From: a virus
Taxonomy: Duplodnaviria > Caudoviricetes
Virus record (IMG/VR): IMGVR_UViG_3300021387_000796
Span: 96,001-160,000 of that record
Length of the DNA stretch: 64,000 bases
Reading direction: 5' to 3' (one strand)
Position 1 is the stretch's first letter. Every line of letters begins with the position of its first letter. Below are positions 9,361 to 20,116 of this stretch, one piece after another. Below the pieces are notes generated by a model. The model ran no database searches. It worked only from the letters and a program-made list of their open reading frames with translations, and was not told the DNA's origin. A program made the position numbers and the translations under genes.

Positions 9361-12300
9361 ATGGGATATATACCAAATGAATTAAGTGCGGATGAAGCAC
9401 GAAATCTTTACAAGCAAGGTGAAATATCAGCAGATGAAGCAAGACACTTGTCTAACAATGCTTATGACCCATACGGCAGAGGACATCATTGTGAGTACAA
9501 CGGAAGAGGGCAGAAAGGTTATTGGGATAGTGATGACCGTTGGCACACAGTTAAAGACGATGACTAATGAGGAGTAATTATGTTTGAGAAAATAAAACAA
9601 TTTTTTAATCCTTGCAGAATATGTAAGAAAAGAAAACGTCTTGAACAAAATAAAAACTATGTCGGTTGTTTTTGTACTTTAGGATTTATGGGAGTTCTCA
9701 AGGAAAACTTGACAACTGAAAAGGGAATCTAAATGAGCGAAAAATCAAATAAGGTTTATCGTTATGTCTGGAGAAACCTAGAACGAAATGCCGTAGAACA
9801 TTACGGATATTTAACATTCTTTCAAAAATTAAAATGGGGATTTAATAAAAAGAAGTATGTTAAATGGTATTGCGAAAACAATAAGCAGAATTATCCTTAT
9901 TTGAGGAGTTTTAAATGAAACCTGAAGAATTAGACCGAATTAATCGAGCAGAAGAGATACAACTCTACACAGAAAACAGAGAGGTGAAGAATGACAGTAA
10001 ATGAATTATTTGGTGTTTGGTTGCATAATAAAAATCCTTATGCTATAATAAATGTGTGGGATAGAAGTGTTGGGGATTACATATTTAAGACAAATCCACC
10101 TATACCTAATCAGAATGTAGAAGAAATTGGTAAAATGGAAGTGAAATGCTTTTATACTTCTGAAGAAAATGGTAAAAATCCTATTCTGACAATAAATGTG
10201 GGAGAATATGATTAACAGAAAGGGAATAAATGGTTGAAAAGATATTGAATAATGAAATTATCGGCAGTTATTTAAGAAAATGCCGAAAATATCATAAAGA
10301 ATTCTTGGAGGTATTGAATGAAGAATATTGAAACCTTGTATGAAGAAAGGAAAAATTTAAATCAAAAACTTATGGAATTAGATGATGAAATTAACAATTG
10401 TAAGGTTGGAGATATTCTAAACAAATTTCAAATTGGTAAATTTTATGAAGTTCAGTATGGTTCGTGTGTGAGATTTTATTGGTATTGTGATTGTAAACTT
10501 GAACTTAATAAAGGTATTTTATATCTGAATGAAATATTAACGATATATTGCACAAGAATGTGCTATGATAGAACTTTATCTAAGCGATTGTGTTTTCATA
10601 TTGAAGATATTATCAATTGGTCGGTGAAAGAAATTTCAAAAGAAGATTATTTTGATGAGTTTAATGAACTTTATCGTGATATTAAACATCAACTTGATAA
10701 TATAGAAGATACAAGTAAAAATAAATAACAAAAGGAGGAATAAATTATGTTATGGATTTTGGTTGGAATATCATTAGTGGCTTTAATTATCAGTATACTT
10801 TATGAACAAGAGATACTTGAAGTAATTTCAGGTACAATGTTTTCTTGTGGTGTAATTGCAATTCTTTGTGTATTGGGTTATTATAATTCTACAAAAGCAA
10901 CGGCAGATAAACAGATTGCAGTTCTTGAACAGAGAAATGACGAAGTAATTGCTCAGATTGAGCCATTGATTAAACAATATTTTGAATACGAATCATCTAC
11001 ATTTAAGGACTTAAAACCTAGTGCAGATAAGGTTATTGCTATTTCACAGTACCCTAACCTTAAAGGTAATGAGTTTGTACAGACACAGATAAAAATTATC
11101 CTTGAAAATCAGAAAAAGATAACTGACTTGAAATTGGATAAAGTAAGTCTTGATGCTTATAAACTCTGGCTTTTTATGGGAGAATAAATCATTCATAATT
11201 TAATAGGAGGAATTAGATGATTATAGATTTTGAAAAGACGATAACGTTTCATGCTGAAATTGATGACAAACAGTTTCAGAATGAATTTGGAAATATTACT
11301 GAAGATTCAATTATCAGTTATTGTGAATCGATTGATTCTCCTACAGATGATGAAACTTGTTGGATTTACTCTGATGAATTGAAAAACATAAGTTGGAAAA
11401 AATCAGAAAAAGATAATGAACATAAAATCACAGAAGCAGAGTACATCAAATATTGTGATGAAAGGGAGAATGCTGAACGTTGTTATGAATGCAGTGGATA
11501 TGGTGATGATTATGGTGTTGGTGAAAATGGCGAAATGATTAGTAATTGTGATAATTGTCCTTTTAATTCTAGGGCAAATAATGCTGAGTAATTTATTTGA
11601 TTGAGGAATGCGAATTATGAGAATACTAGACAAAAATAAGGATTTCTACGATTATCTTCAAGATTATGAATCGGATATAGTTTTCGATAGACGAGGTTCG
11701 CATATCCTCACGAATGAAGAGTTGAATTTTTTTCCGTTGTATAACAGATATAAAGTTGATGATGTATATTTGCTTTTGCAAATCGGATATACAAATTGGC
11801 TGATTGTTGAGAAACCGATTAAAATAATTAAAGATATAAGTGGATACAACATAGTTAAAGATTTTTCTATCGAACTGATTGAAATGTGGAAAGATTATAA
11901 TAAATCTATAGACTTCAAGTTTGGTGAAATCAAAAATCGTTACACCATTGAATATCTTACATCCAAAAAATTTAATCAAGACCTTGCGTTAATGGATGAT
12001 ATAAAACTAGGAAACTTTGAATATAAAAATAATCTTGCAGAAAAATCACCAATTGTATTGAGTAAAACCAAACTTCCGTCTATATTGAATGCACAAGATG
12101 TTTATCTTGCTATTGAAGAATGGTTGTCACATAAAAAAGATGATGTTGCACATGATTCAATGACAGATAAAGAAAAGATTGTATCACATGGATTTGATAC
12201 AAAATCAAGTTTCAGAGGAAAATAGAATATGAATGAACACAAAGAAAGTATAAAATATGAAACATTCGAGCAGTTTTGGGATGACGTTTACGGTGAAGAA

Positions 12301-13050
12301 TACGGATATTCTAACAAATATACATTAGAACCTTATTATTCAATTGCTCAATATGCGTGGGAAATGGGAGAAAATCACGGATATTACCTTGGAAAAGATT
12401 ACGGCAACATAAATAAAGGGGAATAAATGAAATTATTCAAAATCGAATTAGATAATGTTGGTTATGATGATTATGATTCTTGTATAATTGTCGCTGAAAG
12501 TAAGGAACAAGTGGAAGAATTATGCAGATGTAATTTTGTGAAATATGAAGATTGGGATACCGAACATCGTTGTCCTAAAGTTCTATACGACCATAGAAAT
12601 GTTTTGAGTGAATCTTTTAATATTCATAATGGTCAAAAATGGACTATCACGGAAGTTGATGTTAATGAGATTAAACAACCGACAATTATATGTTCAAGTT
12701 TTAATGCGAGGTGAAAAATGAACAGTTTTGAAATTACAGGATACGGAACTTGTGGTGGAGACCAATGTTCGCCTTATTATATTGAAGTTTCTCCTAGTGC
12801 TACTGTTCGTAGTGTCATTAAAGACATACTTTCCAATAAAAATGAATGGGGTAGTATTCGTATCGAACGGAAAAGTCTGAGAGATAATGACCATGAGATT
12901 GAATACGAATATGGTAAATTATTAAAGGATAAAATGAGTGAAGAAGAAAAATATTTTTGGAATAATATTTTAGATTGGAAAGTTGTTAGTATGCGTGGAT
13001 ATGGTGGTTGGTCTGCTAGTGATTATTGGTTGACTATTCAAAGTAATTAA
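9361..13050 (+). CDS. cluster of small hypothetical early genes (9361-9567, 9733-9918, 9991-10215, 10318-10728, 10747-11187 membrane, 11217-11591, 11608-12225, 12229-12426, 12427-12714, 12718-13050)
   Basis: packed ORFs, mostly with RBSs; no recognisable catalytic motifs. Confidence 0.6.
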
Positions 13051-13230
13051 TTGGAGAATATATGAAACTTTATGTTCTTAAAAAATGGGAAGTCAGAGAT
13101 TTAGTTGGCTATTGGGTAAATAACGGAGTAGTTGCTACGATTGATGAGGCAGAAAGTTATGTAGAACATGATAGAGAAAATCGTGATTATGATGAATACA
13201 TGAACGGTGAAATTAAATAAGGATAAATAA

Positions 13231-14148
13231 ATGAAAACATACGGATTACCTTACAAAGGAAGTAAAGATAAGATTTGCGAAAAAATTTGTTCGCTTTTTC
13301 CCATAAAGGAAAACTTTTATGACTTATTTATGGGGGGGGGCAGTATAACTCATTATCAGTTGTTGCAGAATCAATACAAGAATTATTATGCGAATGATTT
13401 TAATCCGCTTGTTGTGAAAGCATTTGATATGGCAATTCATGGAAAGTTCAAGAATGAAACAAGATGGATAAGTCATGAGGAATTCGACAAGTTGAAAAAT
13501 ATTGACCCTTATGTTGCGTTCTGCTTCAGTTTTGGGAACGATTTGAAATCATACGCATACGGAAAAGATATAGAACCATATAAAAAAGCATTACATTACT
13601 TGGTGGTATTTCAAGATGAAAGTCTGATGAAAGAAATATTTCCAAACATTGATTTTTCTTTTGTACATAAGATTAAAGATGTGAATGAAAGAAGATTAAA
13701 AGTAAAGAAAGTAATTGATGATTTGTTGATAACATCTGATGATAACAGAATAAGAAGTAATGAATCTTTGCAAAGTTTTATTCAATTAGAAAGTTGTCAG
13801 CGGTTGGCAAACATTGAACGGTTGGCAATATATAACAAATCTTATGATGAAATAGAGATTAAACCTAATTCAGTTATATATCTTGACCCACCTTATAAAT
13901 TTACAAATAAATATGAAATATCCAAAAATTTTGACTATGAGAAATTTTATTCTTGGTGTGAAAGGCAGACTGAATTATGTTTTATATCAGAATATTCCAT
14001 GCCGAAGGATAGATTTACTTGCATCGCTGAAATAGAGCATAGAAGTATCATTTGTGCAAATGAAAATCAGTCTGTAATAGAAAGAGTATTTTTGCCGAAT
14101 CATCAAGTGAAGGACTATACAATTCCTAGTTTGTTTGATATGATATGA
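13231..14148 (+). CDS. Dam-like (D12 class) DNA adenine methyltransferase with an in-frame G9 tract
   Basis: LPYKGSK, DLFMGGGS (motif I), ANDFN, YLDPPY (motif IV), FISEY. Confidence 0.85.
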   Translation: MKTYGLPYKGSKDKICEKICSLFPIKENFYDLFMGGGSITHYQLLQNQYKNYYANDFNPLVVKAFDMAIHGKFKNETRWISHEEFDKLKNIDPYVAFCFSFGNDLKSYAYGKDIEPYKKALHYLVVFQDESLMKEIFPNIDFSFVHKIKDVNERRLKVKKVIDDLLITSDDNRIRSNESLQSFIQLESCQRLANIERLAIYNKSYDEIEIKPNSVIYLDPPYKFTNKYEISKNFDYEKFYSWCERQTELCFISEYSMPKDRFTCIAEIEHRSIICANENQSVIERVFLPNHQVKDYTIPSLFDMI

Positions 14149-14175
14149 AAGAATAAATTATGAAAAATAAATGAG

Positions 14176-14961
14176 GTGAATAATATGAGCGAAGTAAAAT
14201 TGTATCATGGTGATTGTTTAATTGAAATGAATAAAATTGCTGATAAATCAATTGATATGATTTTATGCGATTTGCCTTATGGAACAACCGTGTGTAAATG
14301 GGATGTAATTATTCCGTTTGACAAGTTATGGGCACAATATAATCGAGTGATTAAAGACAATGGGGCAATTGTTTTGTTTGGCAAAGAACCTTTTTCATCG
14401 AAATTAAGATGTTCTAATATAGATATGTTCAAATACGATTGGTATTGGAAAAAAGATACAAAGTCAAATTTTCCACAAGCAAGTAAGCAACCTCTCAATA
14501 ATATAGAAATTATAAGTGTTTTTTCTAAAGGCTATGCTCGTTGTGGTTTAGAAGAAAGTAAAACAATGATTTATAATCCACAATTTATTATTGGTGAAAC
14601 ATATTCAAAACCAAAAGATAGTAAAACAAAAGGGATTTTTTCTGAAAACTTTAGAAATGGAAAATTTATTCATAAGGATAGGGATACATCAAAAAGATAT
14701 CCGTATAATATTTTAGATTTTAATGCTCCAAAGAAAAGATTACATCCTACACAAAAACCAACGGATTTATTAGAATACTTGATTAAAACCTACACAATAG
14801 AAGGTGAGACAGTTTTGGATAATTGTATGGGAAGTGGTAGTTGTGGTGTTGCTTGTATAAACACAAAACGCAATTTCATTGGAATAGAACTTGATGATAA
14901 TTATTTCAAGATTGCGGAAGATAGGATAAACAAGGTCAGAGAAACGATATTTGATATTTAA
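14176..14961 (+). CDS. N6/N4 DNA methyltransferase (beta class)
   Basis: CDLPYG, HPTQKP, VLDNCMGSGS, FIGIE. Confidence 0.9.
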   Translation: MNNMSEVKLYHGDCLIEMNKIADKSIDMILCDLPYGTTVCKWDVIIPFDKLWAQYNRVIKDNGAIVLFGKEPFSSKLRCSNIDMFKYDWYWKKDTKSNFPQASKQPLNNIEIISVFSKGYARCGLEESKTMIYNPQFIIGETYSKPKDSKTKGIFSENFRNGKFIHKDRDTSKRYPYNILDFNAPKKRLHPTQKPTDLLEYLIKTYTIEGETVLDNCMGSGSCGVACINTKRNFIGIELDDNYFKIAEDRINKVRETIFDI

Positions 14962-14988
14962 CTATTTTATAATATATAGGAGAATAAT

Positions 14989-15306
14989 ATGATTTATAAT
15001 TTTGATTATTTTTACAATCTGTTCAAAAACGCTGATTTGAAGTTTGAAATTATTCATGCAAATGAAGATGACGAATGTAAAACATTATCTTTTGAAAATT
15101 TGAAGTTCAATCTTGTTACAAAATACGTTGAACTTAAAAACATTGATTCGGAAATGATTACATTCAGCAATCATCTTATTACTATAATTTGTAACAAAAC
15201 TCATACTAGCGTATTCAGATATGATTATATAAAGAATTGTGTATTTGAAGATAATGTGTTGAAAATTGCTTTGGATGATAATTCGGTTATAGAGATAAAT
15301 TTTTAA
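14989..15306 (+). CDS. hypothetical protein (AACTAT class)
   Basis: TAACTAT at 14959, AGGAG RBS. Confidence 0.6.
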   Translation: MIYNFDYFYNLFKNADLKFEIIHANEDDECKTLSFENLKFNLVTKYVELKNIDSEMITFSNHLITIICNKTHTSVFRYDYIKNCVFEDNVLKIALDDNSVIEINF

Positions 15307-15409
15307 CTATCTATAATAGATTTAACTCAGTATTCATATAAAGGGAATCGGTTTTTAATTGATTCCTTTTATTTTTTTAATCTCAATTATGAAGAAATAA
15401 TAATTTTCC

Positions 15410-15438
15410 TTGACAATATAACCGTTATCCGTTATATT
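15410..15438 (+). promoter_or_regulatory. sigma70-like promoter
   Basis: TTGACA-N17-TATATT. Confidence 0.7.
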
Positions 15439-15461
15439 ATACATCAAGGAGTATTAAAGCA

Positions 15462-15662
15462 ATGAAATACGATTTGGTTGGTGTTGGCGGAAACGCTTTA
15501 GTAATAATGGGATACGTTCTTAAAGCAATGAGAGAATGCAAGATGTCTAAAGAAGAACAGTCAGATTATCAGAGGAAAGCAATAATTGGCGATTACGACC
15601 ATCTTTTGGCAGTATCAATTGAAATGATTGATTTGTGTAATGAGATTGCAGAAGAATCTTAA
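15462..15662 (+). CDS. small phage protein (LVG..GNA...G family)
   Basis: ORF with its own promoter and RBS. Confidence 0.6.
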   Translation: MKYDLVGVGGNALVIMGYVLKAMRECKMSKEEQSDYQRKAIIGDYDHLLAVSIEMIDLCNEIAEES

Positions 15663-15783
15663 TGTGTAAAAACTTGCGTATTAACCTTGTTTTTATTAGT
15701 TAAAGTGCAAGTTCTTACTAGTTATGAAAAAAGTAACTATCTTTTTATAGAAATATTATTTTTTTTAATGGAGAAATAGAATT

Positions 15784-16146
15784 ATGTTTAGTGTAACATC
15801 AGAACATTGGGAAGAAATCTTACCAAAAATTGAAAAAATTTGTAATAATTATAATAAAAAATTTTCTAAATTTGACGGTGAACTTAAAGACATCAGTGCT
15901 TATAGTGGAAATAATGAAAATGAAATAGAATTTTTTGTACCTACTTTAAGATTTTATCCTTTTGATAGCAGAAATGTGTGTAGAATTGAATGCGATGATG
16001 ATAATAAAGCGACATATAGTGTTTCTTTACCAAATCATATTTATAATGATGAGGAATTTGATAATATTGTAAATGGCTTGGAAAAGGTAACATCTTGTAA
16101 ACTTTTCTATGAAAATTTAATTGATGAAATTACAGAATTGGTTTAA
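15784..16146 (+). CDS. acidic hypothetical protein (AACTAT operon)
   Basis: TAACTAT at 15734; GGAG RBS. Confidence 0.65.
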   Translation: MFSVTSEHWEEILPKIEKICNNYNKKFSKFDGELKDISAYSGNNENEIEFFVPTLRFYPFDSRNVCRIECDDDNKATYSVSLPNHIYNDEEFDNIVNGLEKVTSCKLFYENLIDEITELV

Positions 16147-16162
16147 TGGAGAAAAATAAATT

Positions 16163-17071
16163 ATGGCGATTGCAGAAATAAAATGGAAATTGGTGAAAGA
16201 CACCTACCTTTTTGACACCACAACTTGTTATCTCAGTGAAAACGGTGATTACATGTTTTATAGAGGTAAAGAAAAACGAATTGAAATTTTAATAGATGAC
16301 CTTAATGAATTAGTTAGAAAAGGTTGTGCGATGTGGCTTAAACTTGGAGAATATGATTTTTATGATTTTGGTTTGGATAAACTTCCAAAATGTCCAACAC
16401 AAACATGGTATGGTATTCATCAGATGTTATATTCTCTTGAACCTTGGGGAGTTATGAAAGAATCAAAGGAATCGACAAGAAAATCAATCAAGGAATCTAA
16501 ATCTGATTTATTAATCGATATTCAAAATCTTATTTCGAGTAGTGGACTTTTAGATTCCATAGCAGATGTTGAAGATACATTAGAAATTGCATATATGATT
16601 GCTGAAAGATTAGACCCTAGTGATTATGGATTTAAAGATGAAGATGCATTAGCAAATAAAATAAATTTTGAATTAAAATATGATAGGGAATACGCAAAGT
16701 TATTTGAATCAAAAAAATTTGTTCGTAAATCAATCAAGGAAGCGAACGAAAGCGTAATTATTGACGGCAAAAAGACGAACTTTAAAATTAACGATTACGG
16801 TACATTTTTTGGCGAAAAGATAAAGTATATGTTAATCGGTAAGCCTTCGGAAAATAAAGATGTTTTGGCTGATTTCTTGGAAGAAAATTCTAATTTTGAA
16901 TTCGAGGAATATAAAATACCTTATTCTACTGTATATTACATTTATAATGATGAGAAAAGTTTGTTTGGGGTGGCTTACAGACATTACATTAGGTTGACTA
17001 ATGATGAGAAAGATGCAAAAATTATGTTGGCTTACGCAACAGACAAAAGAGATTTGTATAACGGTCTTTGA
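16163..17071 (+). CDS. three-domain protein with two ESK..RKSIKE linkers; candidate internal-head polyprotein
   Basis: ESKESTRKSIKE and ESKKFVRKSIKE. Confidence 0.7.
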   Translation: MAIAEIKWKLVKDTYLFDTTTCYLSENGDYMFYRGKEKRIEILIDDLNELVRKGCAMWLKLGEYDFYDFGLDKLPKCPTQTWYGIHQMLYSLEPWGVMKESKESTRKSIKESKSDLLIDIQNLISSSGLLDSIADVEDTLEIAYMIAERLDPSDYGFKDEDALANKINFELKYDREYAKLFESKKFVRKSIKEANESVIIDGKKTNFKINDYGTFFGEKIKYMLIGKPSENKDVLADFLEENSNFEFEEYKIPYSTVYYIYNDEKSLFGVAYRHYIRLTNDEKDAKIMLAYATDKRDLYNGL

Positions 17072-17090
17072 TATAAATAAGAGGAACAAA

Positions 17091-17675
17091 TTAAATAAAA
17101 TTAAAGATGATATTAATGCCGAGACTGCAATGGATGTAATCAGAATGATTTTTAACAAATTGAATGATTCTGAAATTTTATCTACACCCACATTAAATAA
17201 AAAACTTCATTATTTTAATGATACTTATTTTGGAACAAAATTATTGAGTGCTGATAAACAAGATTTCAAAGATGCTATTGAAGAAGCATTAGATTATATG
17301 GAAGATTGTATATCTAAAGGTTCAAAGAAAGCAATAGATGTAAAATTAACAGACGAAGATACAAAACGAGAATTTGAAAACTTGTATAATTTTTTGAATG
17401 ACCATTCTAAAGATTATGAGTTTGGTATGGATGGAAGTGCAAAAGGGTCGGTGAATTTTTGGATTTATCCGAAGAATACAGATAAGTCATTAGAGGTTAG
17501 TATTTCTGAAAATTATCATAAACATTCTTTCCAAGTTACCGTATTTGAACTTGATGAAAATGGTGAAGAAGATAACATCCCTTGGAGCAAAGAATATGGC
17601 AATGTAGACGAAGAATTTTTTGATTATGGAGATTTAAGGGCATTATTGGAATCAATTTCTTGGGGTAATTTTTAA
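17091..17675 (+). CDS. acidic hypothetical protein, start uncertain
   Basis: open frame; GAGG at 17081 precedes TTA17091; next ATG at 17130. Confidence 0.55.
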   Translation, partial: LNKIKDDINAETAMDVIRMIFNKLNDSEILSTPTLNKKLHYFNDTYFGTKLLSADKQDFKDAIEEALDYMEDCISKGSKKAIDVKLTDEDTKREFENLYNFLNDHSKDYEFGMDGSAKGSVNFWIYPKNTDKSLEVSISENYHKHSFQVTVFELDENGEEDNIPWSKEYGNVDEEFFDYGDLRALLESISWGNF

Positions 17676-17676
17676 T

Positions 17677-18060
17677 ATGGCAAAGGGAAATTTCAGAAAC
17701 CTATCAAATCAATGTACAATGTGTGGAAAATCTAAAGTTGTAGCCAAAGAAGGAAAAGGTGCAAATAAATATTATATGTGTACCGATTGTTTATGGAAAA
17801 CAATTCTTTCTGAAATTAAAAATAACGAATCCATGCAGTATCTCACAATTTTTGAATTGGATGCTTCTGATATTTCCAAAAATGATATGATTGAAATTCT
17901 GTACGATATGGAAAGATTAGGTTATGATTTTTCTGATGATGATTTTCATATTGTTGACAGTGATAGAGATATAACAAAAGTATATATGAATGAAAGTTTG
18001 CAAGGTGGTTGGTACAGAAAATATATGAGTAAAGAAGAATTGAGCAAAAAGATGAATTAA
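17677..18060 (+). CDS. small Zn-finger protein (CxxC...CxxC) with acidic tail
   Basis: CTMC and CTDC pairs. Confidence 0.6.
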   Translation: MAKGNFRNLSNQCTMCGKSKVVAKEGKGANKYYMCTDCLWKTILSEIKNNESMQYLTIFELDASDISKNDMIEILYDMERLGYDFSDDDFHIVDSDRDITKVYMNESLQGGWYRKYMSKEELSKKMN

Positions 18061-18161
18061 CTATCTTATATAACTAATGGGGGTGTAACAAGTGTTACTT
18101 CCCTTACATTCCCCATTTAAATAAATATTAAATTATTAATGAGAATGGAGAAAATAAAATT

Positions 18162-18980
18162 ATGACAAAAGCAGAAAAAATATTGAACAAATGCGAACAT
18201 ATTCTTGATGATTATGATGCAGATTATCGTGGTGGATATGTAGATGTTATTGACGGAACAACTTATATTGTTTTCAAATATTATGGTGGAAAACACGATA
18301 CTATAGACAGAAATGATGATTCTTGGGATGAGATGTATGAACTCGAAGGTGTTGCTGATGTTGGTTATGGTAGTGGATATGGAATGGACAATACAAAATA
18401 TGAAGATATGCTTTTAATTGAATTAGAAGATGGATTGAATGAATCTAAAAATTCTGCAAGAAAATCAATCAAGGAATCTAAATATAAGGTAAGTGATTTT
18501 AAAAACACATCAAATAAAGAAGTATCTATTTCATATGTTGACGAAGATGACAATCCTTTATGGGTAGGAAGTCCTGATGAATTGGAAGATTGTGATTATT
18601 CTGATTATGATGTTGAAGAAGTTGGAGAAGAAGGAAACACACTCTATCTATCAATTGAAGAATCTAAAAAGTCAATGAGAAAATCAATTAAGGAAGCAAA
18701 AAATATAACTTTCTCAGATTTATGTGATGAATTAGGAATATCTTATATGGATATTTATGCTATAGGATATGATGATGGTGATGCTGATGGAATATCTTAT
18801 TATTGTGATGAAATGTTAAAAGTTGGAATTAAAATACTTAAAAATGAAGCAATTCAAATTACAGGTCTTGGTACTTTTATTGGAAAATTTAATTTTAATG
18901 ATTATATAAAATATCCAACAAGTAATACATCTATTTTATTACAAGATAAATCAAGACTTTTAGATATTTATCTTAAATAG
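18162..18980 (+). CDS. three-domain acidic protein with two ESK..RKSIKE linkers
   Basis: ESKNSARKSIKE and ESKKSMRKSIKE; TAACTAT at 18058. Confidence 0.7.
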   Translation: MTKAEKILNKCEHILDDYDADYRGGYVDVIDGTTYIVFKYYGGKHDTIDRNDDSWDEMYELEGVADVGYGSGYGMDNTKYEDMLLIELEDGLNESKNSARKSIKESKYKVSDFKNTSNKEVSISYVDEDDNPLWVGSPDELEDCDYSDYDVEEVGEEGNTLYLSIEESKKSMRKSIKEAKNITFSDLCDELGISYMDIYAIGYDDGDADGISYYCDEMLKVGIKILKNEAIQITGLGTFIGKFNFNDYIKYPTSNTSILLQDKSRLLDIYLK

Positions 18981-19009
18981 AAACTTTTAATAAATTAAAA
19001 AAAAAGAAA

Positions 19010-19034
19010 AGACCTAGACTAAAAATCTAGGTCT
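19010..19034. terminator. hairpin terminator, copy 1
   Basis: AGACCTAGA/TCTAGGTCT. Confidence 0.65.
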
Positions 19035-19064
19035 CTATTATAATAAGAGACATGGAGGAAATAT

Positions 19065-19502
19065 ATGAATTTATATGACAAACATTTTATACACAAAGTT
19101 TGGGATGAAAGTTTAAGATACAGATGTGTCTTACCGTCAAATGATTTGAAAGAAATAAAGGATTGCATTAAAGGAAATTATGGAGGATATATGAGTGTGT
19201 ATCCTTCTGATGATGAAGATTTTCCATTCAAAAACGAATATTTGGGAAACTTCAAATATGTTTATTATGACCCTTATTGCTATGAAAAATTGGAATATTA
19301 TAAAGGAACTCCACTAGAAGTAAAAATAAAAGGAAAATGGGTTGATGTAAAAAACGACAAATTTAAATGGAATCATGAATACCGAATTAAAGTTAGTAGT
19401 GCGGATAATTCTGTATTTGAAACAAACATTTACGAAATGAATGAAGATAAAACAAGGTTTGCTAAAATTATGGAATTTTTAAGAAAAATATTGAAGAAAT
19501 AA
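19065..19502 (+). CDS. hypothetical protein, paralog of 27028-27852
   Basis: shared L(Y/F)DK.....W..L, PF....YYDP and W..(Y/W)RIK motifs. Confidence 0.6.
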   Translation: MNLYDKHFIHKVWDESLRYRCVLPSNDLKEIKDCIKGNYGGYMSVYPSDDEDFPFKNEYLGNFKYVYYDPYCYEKLEYYKGTPLEVKIKGKWVDVKNDKFKWNHEYRIKVSSADNSVFETNIYEMNEDKTRFAKIMEFLRKILKK

Positions 19503-19512
19503 TTGAAAAATA

Positions 19513-19542
19513 AAAAGACCTAGATTTTATTCTAGGTCTTTT
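19513..19542. terminator. bidirectional terminator, copy 2
   Basis: AAAAGACCTAGA/TCTAGGTCTTTT between convergent genes. Confidence 0.75.
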
Positions 19543-19567
19543 CTTTTCTTTTTAATTTCCCAATATT

Positions 19568-19978
19568 TTATTTTTCCATAGCCACGAAAACTTGTTTGAA
19601 ATCTGCATGACCACCACATCTTGAAGAAACTCTTTTAATTGCAATATCCAACAGATTATCGTTATTCACAAATTTCTTTGAAATAAATATCGCTATAGGA
19701 TTTTGTCCTAGAAGATTGAACCTATTAACTGCATAAACAAACTGATTGTTTCCTTCATCATTATACAACTCACACATTCTGTTTACATCTTCTTCATCTT
19801 TACATAGAACTGCAATACAAGGATTTGACTTTGGACTCCATTTCAATTCTTCTGTAGAAGGTTTTGGAAGATTAAATAAATCTTTCATCGAAATTTCAGT
19901 CATGTTTACTGTTTTTTCATTTTTAGGGATATGAAATAATCCGCTTTCTTCGCCTAAACCAATCATATTTTCCTCCAT
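19568..19978 (-). CDS. hypothetical protein (AACTAT class)
   Basis: TAACTAT on the - strand at 20014-20020. Confidence 0.55.
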   Translation of the reverse strand: MEENMIGLGEESGLFHIPKNEKTVNMTEISMKDLFNLPKPSTEELKWSPKSNPCIAVLCKDEEDVNRMCELYNDEGNNQFVYAVNRFNLLGQNPIAIFISKKFVNNDNLLDIAIKRVSSRCGGHADFKQVFVAMEK

Positions 19979-20063
19979 TTTATTTTTATAATAAAACCTA
20001 AATTTATATTAATATAGTTATGATGAACAATCAAGAATTTTTGCCAAATTTTTGATAATTTCC

Positions 20064-20092
20064 TTGACAATTATTTCCTTATATGCTATTAT
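20064..20092 (+). promoter_or_regulatory. sigma70-like promoter
   Basis: TTGACA-N17-TATTAT with extended TG. Confidence 0.75.
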
Positions 20093-20116
20093 AATAATGT
20101 AAGGGAGATTACGACT

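Noticed and set aside
16460-18695. Linker repeats as DGR template/variable repeats or CRISPR repeats
   Set aside because: They are in-frame coding, conserved mainly at the protein level, irregularly spaced, and no reverse transcriptase is in the window.
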